Positions 46,697 to 55,800 of a DNA stretch of 64,000 nucleotides are shown here, one piece after another; the first letter of the stretch is position 1, and each line of letters starts with the position of its first letter. Under the pieces are notes generated by a model. The model did not search any database. It worked only from the letters and a program-made list of their open reading frames with translations, and was not told the origin of the DNA. Both the position numbers and the translations under genes were made by a program. The stretch covers positions 92,277 through 156,276 of IMG/VR virus record IMGVR_UViG_3300032288_004702; one strand, written 5' to 3'. The stretch is from a virus.

Positions 46697-47009
46697 TGTA
46701 TTCGCTTTTCGTGATGTAGTCAAATTCCCCGGAATCAATCCTGGCTTTATTTTTGACCGATTCCTCAAACCATACGCAGTCTTCGCAGCCATCTGCAGGG
46801 TGGTCTTCTGGCGGCAGACCAAGTCTTACCCCATCAAGAACCCAGCTCTCGAAGTATGGATAGATTTCCGTTAGGTGGGCAAGTGATGCTTTGTTCTCTT
46901 GTCGCAGGATTGTTATCTCCTCCGCTGCGTCCAGCATTAGCCGCGCAAAGTCAGCGTCTTTTAAGGGAGCGAAATCAAGTAGTCTCATCACGATGTCATT
47001 GTTGTTCAT
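46653..47009 (-). CDS. Hypothetical protein
   Basis: DIVMRL..DAAEEI..LR phage motif. Confidence 0.55.
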   Translation of the reverse strand: MNNNDIVMRLLDFAPLKDADFARLMLDAAEEITILRQENKASLAHLTEIYPYFESWVLDGVRLGLPPEDHPADGCEDCVWFEESVKNKARIDSGEFDYITKSEYNDPTNANNTGDASG

Positions 47010-47011
47010 AG

Positions 47012-47091
47012 TGGGCCCGGAGGGACTCGAACCCTCACTCCGTGGAACCAGGACCTAAACCTGGCGCGTCTGCCAATTCCGCCACGAGCCC
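47012..47091 (-). tRNA. tRNA-Leu(UAG)
   Basis: Cloverleaf with variable arm, loop TTTAGGT. Confidence 0.93.
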
Positions 47092-47115
47092 GCTGTGATA
47101 TTAGGGGTTATTTCG

Positions 47116-47187
47116 CTGGGGAGCAAGGACTCGAACCCTGAACTACAGGACCAAAACCTGTCGTGTTGCCAATTACACCATTCCCCA
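47116..47187 (-). tRNA. tRNA-Gln(UUG)
   Basis: Cloverleaf, loop TTTTGGT. Confidence 0.93.
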
Positions 47188-47188
47188 A

Positions 47189-47264
47189 TGGCTGGCGAGG
47201 CAGGGCTCGAACCTGCGACCCAGGGATTAACAGTCCCTTGCTCTGCCAACTGAGCTACTCGCCA
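47189..47264 (-). tRNA. tRNA-Asn(GUU)
   Basis: Cloverleaf, loop CTGTTAA, CCA end. Confidence 0.95.
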
Positions 47265-47280
47265 TTGAGATTAAATTTAT

Positions 47281-47365
47281 TGGTAGGGATAGTGGGACTT
47301 GAACCCACAAGTCTTGCGACCAGGGATTTTAAGTCCCCTGCGTATGCCTATTCCGCCATATCCCC
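47281..47365 (-). tRNA. tRNA-Leu(UAA)
   Basis: Cloverleaf with variable arm, loop CTTAAAA, CCA end. Confidence 0.93.
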
Positions 47366-47586
47366 TTGATTGGGCGTTTTGGTGTTGTTTTATTTCTTTG
47401 TCGCTTTTTTCATGGCATCACAATAAGAACATGGTGCTGCAAACTCGCAGTTTGCGTCGTGGTATTGATTTGCTAGTCGTTGAGCAATGGTAATCCATTC
47501 GTTACGCTCTTTTTCAAGTTGACCGACGCGCTCAATCCACCATCCGTATGTTGGCATGTCCATTCTTTGGATAATACACCATTTAG

Positions 47587-47673
47587 CGGAAGAGGAGGGA
47601 TTTGAACCCCCGGTGGGCGCAAACCCACTCCTGTTTTCAAGACAGGTGCATTCGGCCGCTCTGCCACTCTTCC
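47587..47673 (-). tRNA. tRNA-Ser(UGA)
   Basis: Long variable arm, loop CTTGAAA. Confidence 0.93.
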
Positions 47674-47679
47674 TTTTAT

Positions 47680-48084
47680 TTATGCTCCGCCAGAGTTGAG
47701 GGCGGAGTCGATAAACCATTGATTCTCTGGGCAGAAATTGGCAACAGCTTCTCGAATTAGTGAACCGATAAAGCCTGCGTTTACACCACTAGATTGGGCC
47801 ATATCTACAAAGTCAGCAAGAGTTGAACCCTCGTCAATCGCATCACATGTAAGACGCCCCATTTTGAGTACTCCAACTTTGCCAAGGCGAGTTACTTCTG
47901 CTGGATAATCAGCAGCAATGTTGTTGAGAAACTGCTCTTCTCTATCAATTGCCTTTGGTGCTGCTGTCTGTGGGGTGGCGGCAATGGTGTCCGGCACGGT
48001 TCTCTCCACGACGACGGTGCGCGTTCCGCATGCTGACAGGGATACTGCCGTTAGGACAATTGCGGTGGTCGCTAATTTCTTCAT
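47680..48084 (-). CDS. Lipoprotein, DUF732-like
   Basis: Lipobox LSAC; GRLTCDAIDEG..AVANFCPE. Confidence 0.7.
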   Translation of the reverse strand: MKKLATTAIVLTAVSLSACGTRTVVVERTVPDTIAATPQTAAPKAIDREEQFLNNIAADYPAEVTRLGKVGVLKMGRLTCDAIDEGSTLADFVDMAQSSGVNAGFIGSLIREAVANFCPENQWFIDSALNSGGA

Positions 48085-48124
48085 TTACTTTGCTTTCTTT
48101 TAAGAGTTGCTTTCGCAACTATAG

Positions 48125-48197
<73 letters not shown>

Positions 48198-48442
48198 CAG
48201 ATTTATTGTGTCAAATATTACCGCGATTATCCACAATGTGAAATTAAATTCTCATTTTGCGAGAACTTAGGCATTGAGGTATTTCCCCTTTTCGCATTCA
48301 TGTTCCAACTCGCAGTAACAGTCATAGTAGGGGAACTTCAGACCGCATTCATCGCATATGGTTACGTTCATGTGGTAGGTGAATCCAGCAGGTCTCGGTG
48401 TATCGCATGACCATTCTTCTTCCATTTGTTTTCCCTCACTTG

Positions 48443-48514
48443 TGGGCGCTGAGGGTCTCGAACCCCCGACCTACTCGGTGTAAACGAGTTGCTCTACCAC
48501 TGAGCTAAGCGCCC
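48443..48514 (-). tRNA. tRNA-Val(UAC)
   Basis: Cloverleaf, loop TTTACAC. Confidence 0.93.
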
Positions 48515-48801
48515 TGGTTTGAATAGACTGTTTTGGGGGGAATTGGAAGTCCTCCGGCGTTCATCCTAAGCCATGTCTTTTCGTCGACTATTTCATACGT
48601 CCATGCGTCCTGGGTGAAACCCAGGTTTGCTGGATGCGGCCTTCTATCTACAAGGCTTTTCAGGATTGCCCGCTCCCTTGTCTCCTCAATTGTCACAAAC
48701 CATCTATTTACTGGGTCTGCCGTATGCCAAATTACATAAACAACGTCATGTTCTTCCCCAGCTTGCGCCAGCTTACCGAGAGTGCCCCTATTGTTTGGCA
48801 T
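48505..48801 (-). CDS. Hypothetical protein
   Basis: GAAAGGA RBS. Confidence 0.5.
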   Translation of the reverse strand: MPNNRGTLGKLAQAGEEHDVVYVIWHTADPVNRWFVTIEETRERAILKSLVDRRPHPANLGFTQDAWTYEIVDEKTWLRMNAGGLPIPPKTVYSNQGA

Positions 48802-48979
48802 CTGCGTATTCCTTTCTATTTAGATTTTTTCTCAACGCCTTTTTTCTCCAGATACTCATCTAGCGCTTGCCTGATGATTGAACCCCGAGATAGCTTCAAC
48901 TTTTCTGATGCGTTATTTAGTCGCTCAGCCATTTCAGCGGATAGGTGTATTACGAGTTTTTCAAATTCTTTGTTCATTG

Positions 48980-49055
48980 TGCTGGAGGCGGGATTTGAAC
49001 CCGCGTGTCACCGCTACGGTTTCTACACTTTATAAGAGTGGGCCGATACTCCAGC
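48980..49055 (-). ncRNA. Atypical tRNA-like RNA lacking a D-arm (UAU anticodon)
   Basis: GCTGGAG/CTCCAGC-A acceptor; GCGGG-TTCAAAT-CCCGC T-arm; CACT-CTTATAA-AGTG; extra ACCG-TAG-CGGT arm. Confidence 0.6.
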
Positions 49056-49065
49056 CATCGCTGCA

Positions 49066-49404
49066 TTAGTTGCTGTCACCAGCGATGGCTATTCGTACGT
49101 TCTCAACTAGTCGCGACTTGCTGAAACCGCCAGATGCAGTAACTCTACCTACATACTCCCCGTCGCGTAAAACTATTAATGCCGGGATTGTGAGGATGTC
49201 GTAGCGTCTTGCAAATTCAGGGAACTCCTCGATGTTCAGTTTTGCGAAAGAAACCTCATCGGACATTTCTGACGCCAACTCATCGATGATTGGGGCTATC
49301 TGTTTGCACGGGCCACACCATGGTGCCCAAAAGTCAACTATTACTGGCGTCGCCGAGCTCTTTACGAATTCATCGTATGTGTCTGCGTTCAGTTCTGTTG
49401 TCAT
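49066..49404 (-). CDS. trxA: Thioredoxin
   Basis: VDFWAPWCGPCK. Confidence 0.93.
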   Translation of the reverse strand: MTTELNADTYDEFVKSSATPVIVDFWAPWCGPCKQIAPIIDELASEMSDEVSFAKLNIEEFPEFARRYDILTIPALIVLRDGEYVGRVTASGGFSKSRLVENVRIAIAGDSN

Positions 49405-49408
49405 GACC

Positions 49409-49831
49409 TCATCCTACCTTTTCTACTGGCCAAATATACGGCATATCGGGGTCTTCTGTCCAGCCAAACTGCGAATAATGTGCAAAGTCTTTGCGTAGGA
49501 GGTTTGCACGATGGGATGAGTGAACGCTCTCTTCCCCCCACCAAAATGGCATGTCGTCAAAGTCGGCTTCTCCGTATGAAAGCATCTTTTCCCTGCAGCT
49601 GTCCCTATATCCACGGGCTATCCACACGTCGCAGATAGTCACCCCATAGGCAATTAGGCCGCCAATGTTGTCTGCCCACATTTTTGCAGCCGGATGATTT
49701 TTCCACCCAAGAGAAACATCGAGATTGCACCTAATTAGCTGAAGCGTCTCGACGCGCTGTTTCCCAAGTCTTGCCCTATCAAGAACCTGTCCGCATTCAA
49801 GAATGTTCGTTGATGGAACGAATGTTTGCAT
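49409..49831 (-). CDS. MSMEG_6728-like / pyrimidine-dimer glycosylase-like protein
   Basis: MQTFVP..LDRARLGKQRVETLQL..HPAAKMW..HSSHRANLLRKD..YIWP. Confidence 0.75.
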   Translation of the reverse strand: MQTFVPSTNILECGQVLDRARLGKQRVETLQLIRCNLDVSLGWKNHPAAKMWADNIGGLIAYGVTICDVWIARGYRDSCREKMLSYGEADFDDMPFWWGEESVHSSHRANLLRKDFAHYSQFGWTEDPDMPYIWPVEKVG

Positions 49832-49873
49832 TTCCCCTCCTAGTAATAATAAGTAGTGACTAGAACTTTCATT

Positions 49874-50323
49874 CTAGTCATAGTTTGGATTAATTAGCAA
49901 ATCCTTTACATCATCAGCCATGAGCAGGAATCCGCGAGCTGGATTGTCCGCACCGCCGAGCGATATTTTTGAGACCTCATTAAATTTGTCTCTGTTTAAA
50001 CGAAGGTAACGCTTAAGTCTGGCGACTTCGATGACAACAAAGGCGCTTCCGGTCGAGAATACATAGACCCACCATTTCGCCGTTGTTACGTTTATTCCAC
50101 TAGGGACCCAGATGCGATTCCCGTCTGAATCGGTACTTCCACGGGGATTCTGGTTCGTTTCAACAACCATTCTCCCGTTTCGATACCTATCTGTTTTTAC
50201 TTCAAATGCCCCGTCAGACAAGTCGTCAAGAAACATTTCTATATCTTTTTCGCTTTTCTGACCGAAGGCTAAATCGGCCTTAAAATCAAAAGAGCGACTT
50301 GGGATATCAAATGCCGAAGTCAT
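49874..50323 (-). CDS. PD-(D/E)xK-like nuclease-fold phage protein
   Basis: DFKADLAFG, FEVKTD, SGINVTTAKWW. Confidence 0.55.
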   Translation of the reverse strand: MTSAFDIPSRSFDFKADLAFGQKSEKDIEMFLDDLSDGAFEVKTDRYRNGRMVVETNQNPRGSTDSDGNRIWVPSGINVTTAKWWVYVFSTGSAFVVIEVARLKRYLRLNRDKFNEVSKISLGGADNPARGFLLMADDVKDLLINPNYD

Positions 50324-50552
50324 CTGGAATGTCTCTAGAAATGAGCGCCTCAATCCCGGACTGCACATCCTGGTTTTCTTTTATGACAAGACCTAGAACA
50401 TTGAGGATATCGTCAGCAGTATCTTGGGTTGCCAGGCGGCGCTCGCGCTCTTCCTCTGGGGAATTATCAGAATTATCTAAAAATGAATAAATTGTGTTAG
50501 CAATTAAATCACTAAGTGTTAGGCGTATTTCGGCACTGCTCTGTGTAGACAT
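50307..50552 (-). CDS. Hypothetical acidic protein, probably leaderless
   Basis: TGGTACTGT extended -10 just upstream of MSTQSS. Confidence 0.5.
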   Translation of the reverse strand: MSTQSSAEIRLTLSDLIANTIYSFLDNSDNSPEEERERRLATQDTADDILNVLGLVIKENQDVQSGIEALISRDIPDDFGI

Positions 50553-50625
50553 GCTTGACACAGTACCACCCTGGGTGTAGGGTGTAAATGCCCTAGGGCA
50601 TCGATTAGAGAAAAGAGATAAACCA

Positions 50626-51111
50626 GTGAATTTGTCACCAGTAACGATTATCGGGAATCTGACAGCAGACCCGGAACTCACCTTCACCACCTCGGGACAG
50701 GCGAAGCTCAGCTTCTCCGTCGCGAATACCCACGTCTGGTATGACGCCTCGAATGAGAAGCAGGAAAAGACCAGCTACTTCAATGTCACGGCATGGCGTT
50801 ACCTCGCAGAGAACTCGGCTCGCACCCTCGAAAAGGGAATCGGAGTCGTCGTTTATGGGCGGCTCGAGCAGCGCAGCTACGAGGACAAGGAAGGCAACAA
50901 GCGTTCAATCGTGGAAGTCGTTGCGGAAGAGATTGCCATTTCCACCAAGTCGCTAGAGACCATTGAGCGTCGCCAGCGCAGCGAAAATCAGGATTCGTCC
51001 GGACAGCGTTCTGGCGCCTCTTCGCAGGCTCGCCGTAGCCGCCCCAGCACTGCCAAGGTCCCAGCAGGGGCAGGGCTGATGGACGACGTCGAGGCAGACG
51101 AGCCTTTCTGA
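50626..51111 (+). CDS. ssb: Single-stranded DNA-binding protein
   Basis: TIIGNLTADPEL, GRLEQRSYE, acidic DEPF tail. Confidence 0.93.
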   Translation: MNLSPVTIIGNLTADPELTFTTSGQAKLSFSVANTHVWYDASNEKQEKTSYFNVTAWRYLAENSARTLEKGIGVVVYGRLEQRSYEDKEGNKRSIVEVVAEEIAISTKSLETIERRQRSENQDSSGQRSGASSQARRSRPSTAKVPAGAGLMDDVEADEPF

Positions 51112-51332
51112 AATATTCGGATTAAGTCGTTAAATAGGCCCAGAGAGGCCTAAACGACAGCATTTTGGGGCCCGGTCATGGCGGAAAAACCGTCAGGCCG
51201 GGCCTTTTGCTTGCCAAAATGTTTCCAATAAATTGCTCCAAAAAAATCCCGAGAAAGTGTTGTCAAACTTAAAACAGTTGCTTATGATGTGCTCATCCCA
51301 ATACACCTACTTAGACACAGGGAGATACAGCA

Positions 51333-51581
51333 ATGTCGGAATACAGCAAGCTCAAGGAAAAGGGAATTAACCGCGGCAGACCGCGCCACAGCCCTGAACA
51401 AAAAGCTGCATCACAGTTGCGCAACTCGTTGCGCCAGGAGGCGCGCCGTCGTGCTCACCTCGTCCTCAAGGCGCGCCATGCAGACGAGTTCAATGAAATC
51501 TACGAAAACGAGATGAATGACCTCATCAAGGATGCAACATCATCGGAAAAGGCTAAGCCGAAGAGGACTCGCAAGTCCTAG
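51333..51581 (+). CDS. Small basic protein with an RGRPR (AT-hook-like) motif
   Basis: NRGRPRH; GGGAG RBS. Confidence 0.55.
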   Translation: MSEYSKLKEKGINRGRPRHSPEQKAASQLRNSLRQEARRRAHLVLKARHADEFNEIYENEMNDLIKDATSSEKAKPKRTRKS

Positions 51582-51719
51582 TCGTCATCTTCGTTGTCAG
51601 CCTGGGGTGATTCCCCTGGGCGCACGAAATCCTTTAAGAACTTCTTGGCCCATTCCCGGCGCTCTTCTTCTTTCATGTTGAAGAAGTCGTCGGGGATGGG
51701 TCTTACTCGCGGGAGTCGA

Positions 51720-51911
51720 CTATTCATCATTCTCTGCTTCCGAATCGTCAAAAACCTTTTCGCCAGTTTTGAACTTCATGTTTCTGCGCATGTGCTCAAA
51801 GGTGGCAATTAGGTCCATCGCCCTATCTTCACCGCGCGTATTCCGCTTTGCATCAATTGCAGCGATGTCGGCGAGTAGCTTTATGTCTCCATCAAATCCT
51901 GGAAATGTCAT
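51720..51911 (-). CDS. Hypothetical protein
   Basis: AAGGA RBS, packed. Confidence 0.5.
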   Translation of the reverse strand: MTFPGFDGDIKLLADIAAIDAKRNTRGEDRAMDLIATFEHMRRNMKFKTGEKVFDDSEAENDE

Positions 51912-51913
51912 TT

Positions 51914-52099
51914 TTAAAAATCCTTATCTTTATGACGCCTGACATTTCTTTTCAGAGCCTTGCGTCTTGAGTTTCCGTACTCTACCTCGAGCCAGTCGTC
52001 AAAGTCTTCATACGCTCCTGGACTTTTCTGAATATATCTTTCGTACTCTGCCAGTAGCTCAAGGTACTCATCGTCATCTTCGTCAAACCGTGATGGCAT
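51914..52099 (-). CDS. Hypothetical protein
   Basis: Packed ORF. Confidence 0.5.
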   Translation of the reverse strand: MPSRFDEDDDEYLELLAEYERYIQKSPGAYEDFDDWLEVEYGNSRRKALKRNVRRHKDKDF

Positions 52100-52114
52100 A
52101 ACACTAACGTCTTT

Positions 52115-52612
52115 CTATCCTTTTCTGACCTGTCTGCCGGCAGACTCAGCAGCCTCCGTGTTGGAGACAAACTGTCTACCCTTCCTGCTGCCCAGTATTT
52201 TTTTCCTGTTAGTTGCAGCCCTTTGGGCCGGCGTAAGCTTTGTCCACGCTTTTGCTGGCAGATACCGCCGTGTTCCGCCCTTGCGGATTGCTGGTTTGCC
52301 ATCGGAAGTCGTCCACTTCTCGCGAGTCCACTTCTTTAGCGAACGTTGTGACGCCTTTGGCTTCCCCCTGTAGCCGCCACCAGCCTTGCGGTATTCAAGG
52401 GCTAATAGTTGAGCTTTTCTTGCACTCCATTGGCCAGGTTTACCGCCGCGCGAACCCGCCATGATGCGATTTTTAATTCTCTCGCGCAGCTCTGGCTTCG
52501 TATAAGACATTTTTGCTGTCTTCTCAAGCGTTCCTGGGGCGCCTTCGACAAACTTAATGATTGAATCTTCCACCCATGCCGGGGGCTCTGTGGAGTTTTT
52601 GTGTTCTCTCAT
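52115..52612 (-). CDS. Basic protein, DUF5872-like
   Basis: GQWSARKAQL..YRKAGGGY..SLKKWTREKW..RYLPAKAW. Confidence 0.7.
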   Translation of the reverse strand: MREHKNSTEPPAWVEDSIIKFVEGAPGTLEKTAKMSYTKPELRERIKNRIMAGSRGGKPGQWSARKAQLLALEYRKAGGGYRGKPKASQRSLKKWTREKWTTSDGKPAIRKGGTRRYLPAKAWTKLTPAQRAATNRKKILGSRKGRQFVSNTEAAESAGRQVRKG

Positions 52613-52863
52613 GGCTTATTTTTCTTTTTGACTCTTTCGCGAGCTCTATTAATTATCCATGCTGCCTCAAGCCCCATGCCGTCAACCCATGGATGAGATT
52701 CAGCAAAACGCACTATCTGCTCGTCTCCGTCACTCGCCTGGTGCTCTACGCCAGCACGTTCCATAAGCTGATAAATATCCTGAACCCCTGGTATATCCAA
52801 TTGTCTAAATTTTGTAAAATCACAGTTTTCCTGCGAATTGTCAACAATTATTGGCTCATTCAT
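52609..52863 (-). CDS. Hypothetical protein
   Basis: Directly downstream of the giant ORF. Confidence 0.55.
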   Translation of the reverse strand: MNEPIIVDNSQENCDFTKFRQLDIPGVQDIYQLMERAGVEHQASDGDEQIVRFAESHPWVDGMGLEAAWIINRARERVKKKNKP

Positions 52864-52872
52864 TTTTGCACC

Positions 52873-55800
52873 TTACGCCATCGCGGCGACAACTTTGTCG
52901 CCCATTTGTACTCCAACATTGTTTAAGTCATTCGCAAATCCGTACAGATTTGCCATTGCTGCCGCCAAGCCACGACCTTTATGGTCTTTGGATATTTTTG
53001 GCCTGCCAACATTGCGTCCACCGCTAAACGACATCGTGGCAGATGGCTTAAGATTCTTTGACTCAAACATGCTTTTTAGAACATCTGATGGGCTTGACAT
53101 TTTGTCAAAAAGACCCTGTATTTTCCTGTCCCTAACCTTTATGTATTGGTCATGCGTAAAAACTTTTACTAAACCATTAGCGCCCGAAATTACCCAGTAA
53201 TCGCGGCTTTCGCCGGTTGCAAAATCTGTGTTTCTTACTCTGCGAGCTGCAGTTATGGGCCCGTTGGTAAATTTTCTAGTATTACCAATTCGTTTTAGAT
53301 GTGATGAGCCTGTATTGAACTTATTAGACTTAAGTTCGCTAATTGCAGCACTAACTTTTCTTACAGATTCATCATCGAGCGTAAATCCTCCGGTTCCTCC
53401 AGAGTCAATAAATGCAGGGCTTGGGTCTTCGCCACGTCCTAGTAAATCCCATAGCCTATTTAGGTCTGTTACGGCTATCTGGTCTTCCTTGAGACCCATG
53501 TCTGCAGCCCTTGAAAGGTTGTCTTCATTGTTAGGATAAACATCGACAACATCTAGGTAAACAGTTCCATCCGAAACCCATCCGCCTATTGTTGTTTTGT
53601 CAGCTCCAGGTTGTGGATTTGCAAAAGTTTTTGGTCCGTGGAAATCCATCCATGCCAAGAATGTCTCTACTAGTTCATCAGACGGATTTCCTTCAGCGTC
53701 AAAATCCGCTACGGCATCGACTTTCATGCCATGCCTATTTCTTGCAATGGCGATTCCTTCTTTTACGTCATCCATCTTGTCGACCTCGACGGTAAAGCCA
53801 CCCATAAACCCCTTGGTTAGCGTGGCTTTTACTGCGGCAACTCTTTCCGGGTCGCGATTGAAGGTGACCCTCATGTCGCTGGCTTTCATGCGTGCTTCAA
53901 TAAGATTGTATTTAATTACCTTTCCAGAAGAAAGACGATTTGATTTACTCGACTTGAATCGTCTGGCTCGCGATTTACTACGGCCAATAATGTCTTGGGC
54001 TAGAGCCAGCTCGATATCTTCTTTTGGCGCATCTTGAATTTTCTTTCTGCCAGATGACAGCTTGTTATTGATGGAGATTTTCTCCATCTCGTCAACCGCC
54101 TCCCGGAAGTTTCCTGCATAAACTAGCGAAACTCGTCTACCCTTGAGTTCACCCTCTCTAATGCCGAACAGCTCGGCCGGCGCATTTACGAAGCCGGGGT
54201 CGCCGGAATCATCTCGTCTGGAGTGCCCAAGCCTTCTCGCTGCGTATATCTGGAAATGCAAATGCCTTACAGCAAGCTTTTCCAGGTCTGATAGCGGAGA
54301 GTCTGGATGGTCGGCCATTGACATCATCGCAATGTCATTTGCCCATTCTCCATGCCTATCAAATGCACGGCCTGTACCAAGGTGGCCGAACAGGTCGTGG
54401 AGGGCCTGAAGAGCCTTGCCGGATAGTCCCATATTAAAGTAGAGAGGGTTCTCTATTCCACCAATATAAGACTCAAGGAAAGAACCTAAATCTTGACCCT
54501 TTGTTCCCATAAATAGGGAATCGTCTCCCAGTGCTGCGCCGGCCTTCGCTGCTAACCCCATCATAAATTCACTGTGTTTACGCCACGCTTCGCCATATAT
54601 GCCGGGCAGCGCATCGCGCGATAGGGCGCCATTCCCTATTGCGTCTGAGGGCAATACGTAACCCTTTGGCGCTATCGCTTCTAGGAGTGGGAATTTAGCT
54701 TTTGCTGCGTCGTCAGTATATTTTAGAACTGATTCACCATTGACTGAAACCTGTTTTGCAACCACGTTGCCAAGAACGTCTACCCATTCCTTATTTTCGT
54801 CGTCAAAACGTAATGAATTAGCCACTGCCTTATCTAGAACTGGGAGCAGCGAACCGCGTGATGGAAGTTCTATTTTTCTCCAGTCAATCCTCTTTGGCAT
54901 TTGTTCTGCTATTTGTGGGATTGGGTCAGCTGATACGAACGGTATCCCGTCTGTGGCAATGCTTATGGATATTGAGTCTAACAATTTTCGCCCTGTATCA
55001 CTGAACACGCTGTGTGGCGTCACTTCTTGGAGCCGTTTTTTATTCAAAACCCTAAGAAGGTTTGGCAGTACAGATTCAATAGTTGACCGCTGATAGTCAT
55101 CGATTGTTATTCCAAGCTTATTTTCTAGTATTGCGGCAATTCTTTTTCCGAATGCAATCTTTGGTATGTTTCCTTCTGATACTCCGGTCGTTTCAGCTAC
55201 GCTGAGCTCGCCTTCCAGCGGTAGGTCTTCTGTGACCGGGTATAGTCTGGCACCAGACGAAAGTCGTGATGAAGAATTCTGCGTATCGGCACTATTGAAA
55301 TCGTCAAATCCAAGATTACGTAATTTTCTATATGCAACATTTGTAACCTTGTCCCTGCCTGTAGCCATATCAAGCGTTTGTTGCACTATTTGACGAGCTT
55401 CTTCCGTCGCCTCGCCGTCTGATGGCATTTCTAAGAGCAAATTGGCCGGAGGAGTAATCATCCTCGTGTCTGTTAGACGACCGAGTAGAACAACCTCATC
55501 CTCTCCTAGACATCCAAAACCGGTTAATGGGTTTGAAAATATTTGCTCCACGGGGACATATGCCTTCATGAGGATATTTGCGTCAAATACTGCCTGAGCT
55601 TCCTCTAGCGCGTCTATGCCGGGTTTTTTTGAAGCGGCAAGCGACGTTGAAAAAGCTTGAGCCATGGTGCTGCTCGTTGTCCATGATGAAAGCGGGCGCA
55701 TGGCTACCTGTCTTTCAGCAATTTCACCCCTTTCGACTGCCATTTTTGGCGTGGCCTTCATGCCTCTCCATACGCCGATATGTGTAATTCCTTTTGACTT

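Noticed and set aside
47055-47719. ORFs overlapping the tRNA cluster
   Set aside because: They mostly overlap clear tRNA genes; at most a short ORF between tRNA-Ser and tRNA-Leu is real.
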